Part shown: piece after piece, positions 56,430 through 64,000 of the stretch
Numbering within the stretch: the stretch's first letter is position 1
How the letters are laid out: every line of letters begins with the position of its first letter
Assembly: GCA_963841435.1 (NCBI GenBank)
Contig: CAWJCS010000003.1
Span: 736,001-800,000, forward strand
Reading direction: 5' to 3'
DNA: 64,000 bases
DNA from: an uncultured delta proteobacterium
GTDB lineage: Bacteria; Myxococcota_A; Polyangia; Polyangiales; Polyangiaceae
Program-made: the position numbers and the translations under genes
Notes under the pieces: model-generated
Seen by the model: only the letters and a program-made list of their open reading frames with translations
Database searches by the model: none
Told to the model about the DNA's origin: nothing

Positions 56430-58826
56430 ATGCGGTGGATCTATGGGTTGCTCGGCACGGGCTTGCTGGCGGTCGGCGTGGGCGGCGGGTGCAGCTCGGA
56501 CGAGCGGAGCAGCGCAGGGGGAACGGCGGGCACGGGCCTTCTGGAAGCGGGGAGCGGGGGGAGCCAGGGCGGCGAAGCAGGTGGCGAGCCTTCTGCCGGA
56601 ACCGGGGGAGCGACGGGAGGCGCGAGCGGGAGCGGCGCCGGCCAGAGCGGTGCGAGCGGCGAGACGTTCGGGTCAACCGAGCCTGAAAGCCCGAGCGTCA
56701 ACGTTTCCCTCGTTGATCCACGGGCGAGCGAAAAGGGCGCCATCGACGCGAAGCTCGCCGAGGTCGCCGAGCTAACGCCCGCGGAGCTCTTTTCACGCTA
56801 TCCGACGCACTTCGGGGCGCTCGGCTACGACCCGCTCACGGCGCTCGGCCTCGACACGCTCGATGCGTCGGCACTCTCGCTCGAGGACGATGCGAAGGAC
56901 ATCCTGTCGAACGACGGCTTCGTGATCTCCGACCGCCAATCATTTCCGAGCTTCGTTGCCGGCTATACGGCCATCTACGGCGAGCACTTGCCGCTCTACG
57001 TCTCGGCAGATTCGATCCTCGACGCGACGCACCGCTCGTACGACAATATCCTCGAGCAGATCGAGCTCATCGCGCTGAGTCCGCGCCTCGAAGCGATGCT
57101 GACTTCCATGCGCTCGGCCCTGGCCGCGGGTGCAGCGGATCCGTTCGGCGCCGGAGCAGTCGCCGACGCCGACGTCTACGTGAGTGTCGCTGCGAGCTTG
57201 CTCGCCGACGAGGTGATGGCGCCCGCCGCGGGTGGGCCGGCAGCCGAGGTGAGCGAGCTCTACGAAGCGGCGCGAGCAGCCGAGGGCCTTCGCAAGCGCG
57301 TGTTCCTCGGCGTACCCCGCGCGATCGATTTTTCCCAGTACGCGCCGCGTGGCCACTACCTGAACGACCCGACGCTCGAGCGGTACTTTCGCGCGACGAT
57401 GTGGCTCGGCAGCATGGATCTTCGCTTGATCGAGACGCTGGACACGGGCAAGCAGGTCTTCCGGCGCCGGCAGCTCGAGCTCGCTTACGCGCTCAGGGCG
57501 CTCTTCGACGACACGGCGCTCGCCGACTACGAAGCGATCGACGGTGTCGTTCGGGCCTTCGTCGGCGAGTCGGACAACATGACGCTCCCCGAGCTCGACG
57601 GGCTGCTCTCGGATCTCGGCGTCGCCGCACCCGAAGCACTCTCGACGATCGACGACGAGACGCTTGCGCAAGCGATCCTCGACGGCGGCTACGGCTTGCA
57701 GCGCATCTCTGGCGGCATCCTCGAGAACGGCACCCAGGGCCCCATCCCGCTCTCGTCTACCTTTCTCCTACTCGGCCGGCGCTACGTCGTCGACAGCGAG
57801 GTGTTCTCGAACGTCGTGTACGGCCGCGTCCCCGTTCGAGATGGAGCGATGCGGTTGATGCCCAATCCGCTCGACGTGGCCTTCGCCGCGCTCGAAAACG
57901 ACCAGGCGGCGACGCTGCTCGCACCGGAGCTCGACAACTACCACTATGCTCCGGAGCTCGCGGCGACGCGCCTGCTCGTGGATTTTCACGAGCCCACGTT
58001 CTGGTCCGCGAACCTCTACAACGGCTGGCTCTCGGCGCTCCGCGCGCTCTCGCCGCCTTCGGACCTCGCCGACGCGGCGGCGCTCGGGCTGCCGCGCGTC
58101 GCGGGGACCGAAGCCTGGGGCCGACGGATCCTGAGCGCCCAGCTCGCCTCGTGGGCCGAGCTTCGACACGATACGCTGCTCTACGCCAAGCAGTCGTACA
58201 CCGACGCGCCCGAATGCGAGTTCCCGGACGGCTACGTCGATCCGTACCCCGAGTTTTACGCCACGCTCGGCAACTATGCGCGCCGCGGGCGAGCCGTGGT
58301 CGAGAATCTCGGTGACCTCGCCGGTGACTATTTGGGCGCGGCCATGGTCAACTACTTCGACGAGCTCGAAACGACGAGCGGCACGCTGCAGGCGCTCGCC
58401 GAGAAGCAGCGCACCGGCGAGCCGTTCGGCACCGACGAGATCGCGTTCTTGAACCGCGCGATTGGCGACAGCGAGAACTGCTTCTTCGATCCGGACGGCT
58501 GGTACCCGCGGCTCGTGTACCTCGGCGTCGCGTCGGAAACGGACACCGAGTACGATCCGACCATCGCGGACGTTCACACGCAACCCGCCGACGAGGGCGG
58601 CGCGATCGTCGGCAACGTGCTCCACGTCGGCACCGGGCCGGCGCGGCTCATGGTGGTGACGGCGGATACCTGCGTAGGCCCGCGGGCTTATGTCGGGCTC
58701 GCGTCGTCGTATTTCGAGCGCATCACGACGAACTTCGAGCGACTCACGGACCAGCAGTGGGCGAGCGAAGTGCAAGACGCGCGGCCCCCCGACGTGCCGT
58801 GGGTGGTGGACCTCGTCGCGCGCTGA
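56430..58826 (+). CDS. DUF3160 domain lipoprotein
   Basis: DFSQYAPRGHY, LASWAELRHDTLLYAKQ, IADVHT and VLHVGTG motifs. Confidence 0.8.
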   Translation: MRWIYGLLGTGLLAVGVGGGCSSDERSSAGGTAGTGLLEAGSGGSQGGEAGGEPSAGTGGATGGASGSGAGQSGASGETFGSTEPESPSVNVSLVDPRASEKGAIDAKLAEVAELTPAELFSRYPTHFGALGYDPLTALGLDTLDASALSLEDDAKDILSNDGFVISDRQSFPSFVAGYTAIYGEHLPLYVSADSILDATHRSYDNILEQIELIALSPRLEAMLTSMRSALAAGAADPFGAGAVADADVYVSVAASLLADEVMAPAAGGPAAEVSELYEAARAAEGLRKRVFLGVPRAIDFSQYAPRGHYLNDPTLERYFRATMWLGSMDLRLIETLDTGKQVFRRRQLELAYALRALFDDTALADYEAIDGVVRAFVGESDNMTLPELDGLLSDLGVAAPEALSTIDDETLAQAILDGGYGLQRISGGILENGTQGPIPLSSTFLLLGRRYVVDSEVFSNVVYGRVPVRDGAMRLMPNPLDVAFAALENDQAATLLAPELDNYHYAPELAATRLLVDFHEPTFWSANLYNGWLSALRALSPPSDLADAAALGLPRVAGTEAWGRRILSAQLASWAELRHDTLLYAKQSYTDAPECEFPDGYVDPYPEFYATLGNYARRGRAVVENLGDLAGDYLGAAMVNYFDELETTSGTLQALAEKQRTGEPFGTDEIAFLNRAIGDSENCFFDPDGWYPRLVYLGVASETDTEYDPTIADVHTQPADEGGAIVGNVLHVGTGPARLMVVTADTCVGPRAYVGLASSYFERITTNFERLTDQQWASEVQDARPPDVPWVVDLVAR

Positions 58827-59010
58827 CTCGGCGCGCGCGCGGGGCGGTCCGCGCTACCGGGAGGAGTCTGGCAAGCGCCGGGCGGGCGGCCGGGCGACCC
58901 ACCGTGAGCCGGAAGGCACCAGGGAAGCCGAAACCGCGCGCAGGTGTTGCGTGATCATGTCTGGTTATTGCGCACGAGCAGCCGGACCCTTCCGGACTTA
59001 GGTTAGGTCG

Positions 59011-60273
59011 GTGGACGACTCACGCCGACCGGACGGCCCCGAGATCCTGCGCTTGTCGCGAAAGCGCAAGCTCCGCGGGAGGCTTTACCGCATCGGGCTC
59101 GCGGTGCTCGTCGCGGGCGGCGTCGCGGGCTTCTTCGTGTGGCGTGCCCGCCATGCGGAAACGTCCACGGTTTCTTACGTGACCCGCGCCGTCAAGCAGG
59201 GTGACCTCCACGAGACGGTCACCGCCACCGGCACGCTGAAGGGCCTCGACTCCGTCAACGTGGGCGCGCAGATCTCGGGGCGCGTCAATCAGGTGTTCGT
59301 CGACTTCAACGATCAGGTGAAGGAAGGACAAATCCTCGCCGAGCTCGATCCGGCGCAGCTAAAATCGCGAGTCGATCAGGCGCGCTCGCAGGTGCTCGCT
59401 GCCGACGCGTCGCTCAGGCTCGCCAAGGCGACGGCGAGTCAGGCGACGACGCAGGCCGCCCGCGCGAAGGGGCTCGCCGACACGGGGATCCTCGCCACGC
59501 AAGAGCTCGACGCGGCGCGCGCGGATGCCGAGCGCGGCGAGGCCAACGTCGCGGCCGCGAAAGCCCAGCTCGATCTCGCTCGCGCTTCGCTCAAGGATGC
59601 GCAGACGGCCCTTTCGTACGCGACGATTCGCGCTCCCATCGACGGTATCGTGCTGTCGCGCAACGTCGAGCCGGGTCAGACAGTCGCCGCTTCGTTCCAG
59701 TCGCCCGTGCTGTTCACGCTCGCGCGGGACCTCACGCATCTTTCGCTGTACGTCAACGTCGACGAGGCCGATGTCGGCAAGGTGCGCGAGGGCCAGCACG
59801 CAACGTTCAGCGTCGACGCGTGGCCGGACAAGGAGTTTGCCTCGAAGGTGGTTTCGGTGCGCAACCTGCCGACGACCGGGGAGAGCGTCGTCACCTACCA
59901 GGCCGTGCTGTCCGCCGACAACGCCGAGAAGCAGTTGCGTCCCGGGATGACGGCCACGGCAACGATCACGATCGCCGAGCACGACGGCGTGCTCCTGATC
60001 CCCAATGGCGCGCTACGCTTCACCCCGCCCACGAACCAGCAGCAGGGTCCCCGCCTGCCGTTTCCCGGCATGCGTCCGGCAAAGAGCGCCGCACCGGCCG
60101 CAGAGAGCGCGCCCGAACGCGGTCGCCACGCGGTGTACACGCTCGAGGCCGGTGAGCCCGAGCGGCACGATGTCGAGATCGGCGGGACGGACGGCGAGTG
60201 GACCGAGCTCCGGGAGGGCCTCGCGCTCGGCAGCCAGGTCGTCGTCGATATGGAGCAGAAGGCGGCGCAGTGA
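59011..60273 (+). CDS. MacA-like efflux periplasmic adaptor subunit
   Basis: VGAQISG, IRAPIDG, VDEADVG and LRPGMTA motifs. Confidence 0.9.
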   Translation: MDDSRRPDGPEILRLSRKRKLRGRLYRIGLAVLVAGGVAGFFVWRARHAETSTVSYVTRAVKQGDLHETVTATGTLKGLDSVNVGAQISGRVNQVFVDFNDQVKEGQILAELDPAQLKSRVDQARSQVLAADASLRLAKATASQATTQAARAKGLADTGILATQELDAARADAERGEANVAAAKAQLDLARASLKDAQTALSYATIRAPIDGIVLSRNVEPGQTVAASFQSPVLFTLARDLTHLSLYVNVDEADVGKVREGQHATFSVDAWPDKEFASKVVSVRNLPTTGESVVTYQAVLSADNAEKQLRPGMTATATITIAEHDGVLLIPNGALRFTPPTNQQQGPRLPFPGMRPAKSAAPAAESAPERGRHAVYTLEAGEPERHDVEIGGTDGEWTELREGLALGSQVVVDMEQKAAQ

Positions 60274-60989
60274 CCCCGGCCGCGGCGCCCGAAGAGCCTC
60301 TCATCCGGCTACGCGGCGTGGAGAAGCGTTACGGCGAAGGGGAGTCGACGGTGATGGCGCTCGCCGGCGTGGACATCGACATCGCGCCCGGGGCGTTCTG
60401 CGCCATCATGGGCGCGAGCGGCTCGGGGAAGTCCACGTGCATGAACATCCTCGGTTGCCTGGACGTCCCGACGCGCGGCACCTACGAGCTCGCCGGCGTC
60501 TCCGTGGGCGACCTCGACGGCGACGGGCTCACGCTGCTTCGGCGTCACTACATCGGCTTCGTGTTCCAGGGATTCAATCTGCTGGCGCGAACGAGCGCGC
60601 TCGAGAACGTCGAGCTGCCCCTGGTCTATCGGCGCGTGTCCCAGGCCGAGCGCCGGAGGCGGGCGCTCGCTGCGCTCGATCTCGTGGGGCTCGGCGATCG
60701 TGCCCGCCACACGCCGCAGGAGCTTTCGGGCGGCCAGCAGCAGCGCGTCGCCATCGCGCGCGCCCTGGTCACCGACCCCGAGGTGCTGCTCGCCGACGAG
60801 CCCACGGGCAACCTCGACAGCGCCCGCACTCGCGAGATCATGGAGCTATTGAAGGGGCTCAATGACGACCACCGCATCACGATCGTGATCGTGACGCACG
60901 AGGCCGATGTCGCCTCCTTCGCGGAGCGCACGCTCGTCTTCCGCGATGGTCTCGTCGTCGAGGACAAGCGCCGGGAGGCCAAGAGCTGA
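60270..60989 (+). CDS. MacB/LolD-type ABC transporter ATP-binding protein
   Basis: GASGSGKS, LSGGQQQR and LLADEPTGNLD motifs. Confidence 0.93.
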   Translation: MTPAAAPEEPLIRLRGVEKRYGEGESTVMALAGVDIDIAPGAFCAIMGASGSGKSTCMNILGCLDVPTRGTYELAGVSVGDLDGDGLTLLRRHYIGFVFQGFNLLARTSALENVELPLVYRRVSQAERRRRALAALDLVGLGDRARHTPQELSGGQQQRVAIARALVTDPEVLLADEPTGNLDSARTREIMELLKGLNDDHRITIVIVTHEADVASFAERTLVFRDGLVVEDKRREAKS

Positions 60990-62194
60990 TGTTCGTCACC
61001 ACCGTGCTCATGGCGCTCCGCGAGATCCGCCGCAACGGCCTGCGCTCCTTCCTCACGATGCTCGGCGTCATCATCGGCGTGGGCGCCGTGATCGCGCTCG
61101 TTTCCGTGGGGCGCGGCGCCACCGAAAAGGTGACGGGCGACATCAGCAAGCTCGGCAAGAACCTGTTGCTCGTGTTGCCCGGCGCGCGTATGCGCGGCGG
61201 CGCCACTGCGCAGGCTCCGGCCTTCACGATCGACGACGCGCGCGCCATCCGCCGCGAGGTGCCTGGCGTGAGGACGCTCGCTCCCGCCGCCATGGGCGGC
61301 AATCGTATCGTCTACGGCAACCGGAACCGTTCGAGCTCCGTGACGGGCTCCGACAACGAGCTCTTCGCGGTGCGCGGCTACGAAATCGCGAAGGGCCGCT
61401 CGTTTTCGCGCTCCGAGCTCCAGTCGGGCGTGCCAGTTTGCATCATCGGCGAGACCGTGAACCGCGAGCTCTTCGCGGGCCGGCCACCCATCGACGAGAG
61501 CGTGCGCGTCGGGCGCACCAACTGCAAGGTGGTCGGTCTCCTCGCGAGCAAGGGTCAGGCCGGGCTCGGTCAAGACCAGGACGACATCGTCGTCATGCCG
61601 CTACGCACCTACCAACGGCGCATCAGCGGCAACGACAACGTCAGCATCATCTACGTGTCGGTGATGGAGGGACGCTCCACGGCCCTCGTGGCCGAGCGCA
61701 TCGCGTCGCTCATGCGGCAGCGCCGGCGTCGCGCCGTCGGCGCCGAAGACGATTTCAACGTGCGCGACATGGCGGAGATCGCCGAGACGGTCGGCAGCGC
61801 GACGGCCGCGCTCACGGGCCTGCTCGGCGCGATCGCGGCCGTGAGCCTCGTCGTCGGGGGGATCGGCATCATGAACATCATGCTGGTTTCCGTCACCGAG
61901 CGGACGCGCGAAATCGGCATTCGGCTCGCGATCGGCGCGTTCGCGAGCGAGGTGATGATGCAGTTCTTGCTCGAGGCGATCGTGCTCTCGACGCTCGGGG
62001 GCACCATCGGCATCGTGATCGGCTTCGCGGGTTCCTACTTCGCGAGCCGCGCGCTCAGCCTGCCCTTCATCGTGGCGCCCGAGATCGTCATGCTCGCGTT
62101 CGCCTTTTCCGCTCTCGTCGGTGTGCTGTTCGGCTATCTTCCGGCCCGCAAGGCCGCACGCTTGAATCCGATCGAGGCGCTACGCCACGAATAG
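60989..62194 (+). CDS. MacB/FtsX-type ABC transporter permease
   Basis: LTMLGVIIG, GGIGIMNIMLVSVTERTREIG and PIEALRHE motifs. Confidence 0.93.
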   Translation: MFVTTVLMALREIRRNGLRSFLTMLGVIIGVGAVIALVSVGRGATEKVTGDISKLGKNLLLVLPGARMRGGATAQAPAFTIDDARAIRREVPGVRTLAPAAMGGNRIVYGNRNRSSSVTGSDNELFAVRGYEIAKGRSFSRSELQSGVPVCIIGETVNRELFAGRPPIDESVRVGRTNCKVVGLLASKGQAGLGQDQDDIVVMPLRTYQRRISGNDNVSIIYVSVMEGRSTALVAERIASLMRQRRRRAVGAEDDFNVRDMAEIAETVGSATAALTGLLGAIAAVSLVVGGIGIMNIMLVSVTERTREIGIRLAIGAFASEVMMQFLLEAIVLSTLGGTIGIVIGFAGSYFASRALSLPFIVAPEIVMLAFAFSALVGVLFGYLPARKAARLNPIEALRHE

Positions 62195-62237
62195 CCGCCT
62201 GCCAATAGCCCGCTCGTGTCGAGCGACCCGGGCATAA

Positions 62238-62450
62238 TGGTTCTACGAGAGCTACCTCCTGTTCGATCTCACGCACGACCCCGGCGAACACCGCGATCGC
62301 GCCGGCGAGGAACCGGGGCGGCTGCGCGTCATGGCTGCGGAGCTTCGCGCCTGGGAAAAGGCTCAAATCGACTACTACGCGAGCCCCGCCCGCTGGCACA
62401 AGACGTACCCACCGGTGCTCTCCACCGGCGCTCGCGGATCGAGCCCGTGA
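62238..62450 (+). pseudogene. C-terminal relic of a sulfatase-like hydrolase
   Basis: YLLFDLTHDPGEHRD...LRAWEKAQIDYY; in-frame TAA just upstream; stop overlaps the next GTG (GTGA). Confidence 0.55.
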
Positions 62451-64000
62451 ACGAACGCGGGCGGGCGTGGACGGAGCGGGCCGCGCTCTGCCTTCTGGCG
62501 GCGCTGCTCGTGGGCGCGCTCACCTGGCTCCGCTACGAGCCGTTCACCCTCCGGGGTGATGGTCCCGTCTATTTTTTTCCCATGCTGTCGACGACGACGC
62601 GCGCCCTGCTCTCGGGCACCTTTCCACGCGTCCTTTGGCAGCTCGGCGCCGACACCGTTCGAGGCCGGGCAGATCGGGCTCGGCTACCCGCCGTACCTGC
62701 TCACGGGGCTCATTTGCGGCGCGCTCGGGCGGCCGCTCGCGTTCCTCGACGTGTCGGCGGCGCTCCATCTCGCGCTCGCCGGGCTCGTCGTGCGCGAGCT
62801 CGCGCCCAGAGGGGTCCCGCGCTTGACACGGCTCGCCGCCGCCGCGCTCGCGATCGTGCAGCCGGCACCCATCCTGCTCGGCATGTCCCGGCACCTGATC
62901 TTGAGCGCCTACCCGTGGGCCCTTTCGCTCGCCCTCATCCTGTGGCTACGCGGGCTCGGCGAGCGCAAAATGAGCGCTCTTTTGCCGGTCGCGAGCACGC
63001 TATGCTTCTGGGGCGGGCACCCGCAAAATTTCGTCTGGACCTGGCTGCTCGTCGGCACGACGGAGCTCGTGTTGCGGCGCCCGTCGCTCGGTCGGCTGGC
63101 GGCGGGCTGGCGGGTTGCCGCGGCCGTCGTGTTGCCGATCGCGGCGCCGCTCGCCTGGCTCTGGCACGCCGCGCAAGCGGCAAACCTCAACTACATGAGC
63201 GAACGCTGGGAGCCGGGGTACCTGCTCTCGAGCGCCCAGAGCCTCGCCCATCTCCTGCCGGGGCTCCTTTTCGGCAACCTGGGCGGCCTCTCGCGCCTCA
63301 ACGTCTGGGGCAACAATCCGGTGGGCGGCGCGGGGATCTTCTTCTGCCCGCTTTTCGTGCTCGCGCTCGCCGACGCGCTCCGCCGTCGCCGGTTCGGTGT
63401 GCTCTTGCTCGGCGCGGGGCTCCTCGTCCTGCTCGCTCCACTGGGGTTCGATTTCGTCGACGCGCTCGCGCGCGGGCCGCTCGCGGGCTCGCGCTGGACG
63501 TGGCGCTTTTGCGCCGTGATCCTCCCGCCCGTCGCCGTTGCCGTCGCGCTCGGCGCGCGACCCGCGACGGCCGGTGACGCAACGTTCGAGCCATCGCGCC
63601 TGCGCTGGGGCGCGACACTCGCCACGCTCGGGCTCGCGCTCGCCGTGGTGTGGCGGGGCGCTTCGTTCGACCTTGCCACGGCGTGGTGGGAGCACCGCGA
63701 GGCCGGCATGCGCGGGGTCGTCACGGAGGCGGAGCGCTTCACGAAGACGTTGCGAGCCCCGACGCGAGTCGCGTTGATCGGCCACCAGCTACTGTTGTCC
63801 GGCGGTGAAACGGTGCCCCTCGCTTACCTCGGGCTCGTGGCGAACACTCCGTTGCTCGTCCCGGGTCTCGAGACCGCCCATGTCTACGAACCGCTCGAGA
63901 GCGAAGATGCGGCGACCGCCCACATGCGCCTCGGCACGCCGCGGCGCCTGGTCGTCTCGGAAGCACTTTTCCGGGCACGACCGGCCGAGGTCACGAAGAA
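62447..64000 (+). CDS. Polytopic membrane protein, YfhO/GT-C-like; frameshift near 62650, runs off window end
   Basis: GDGPVYFFP, PFEAGQIGLGYPP and GGHPQ motifs; many TM helices. Confidence 0.6.

Overview
High-GC window that looks myxobacterial (Polyangiaceae/Sorangium-like). The signs are Gly-rich-tethered lipoproteins, MYXO-CTERM-like sorting tails, Cys-rich surface proteins and a Ser/Thr kinase next to a TPR-PEGA gene. The right part (~19.3-64 kb) is mostly core or semi-core: hybrid sensor kinase, site-2 protease, fadJ-fadI, sucB-sucA, TetR, PL1 pectate lyase, SDR, amidohydrolase, DUF3160 and a MacAB-type ABC exporter. The left ~19 kb is an accessory zone downstream of an initiator tRNA-Met gene (19116-19192, minus strand). 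It holds an intact single-ORF IS66 with TIRs and an 8-bp TSD, GH3/GH5/GH8 CAZymes, a MenAT-like nucleotidyltransferase pair, two decayed large serine recombinase genes that end in tRNA 3'-end att-like sequence, and many short gene relics. The most unusual element is a set of three near-identical 136/137-bp tRNA-linked repeats. Each carries a terminator-like hairpin, an antisense copy and a sense copy of the tRNA 3' end, and can fold into a long hairpin. One recombinase remnant abuts a repeat copy rather than the tRNA itself, which suggests the repeats act as spare integration sites. Several isolated single-base frameshifts in otherwise intact genes may be sequencing indels. All product calls come from motif recognition by eye; no database searches were run.
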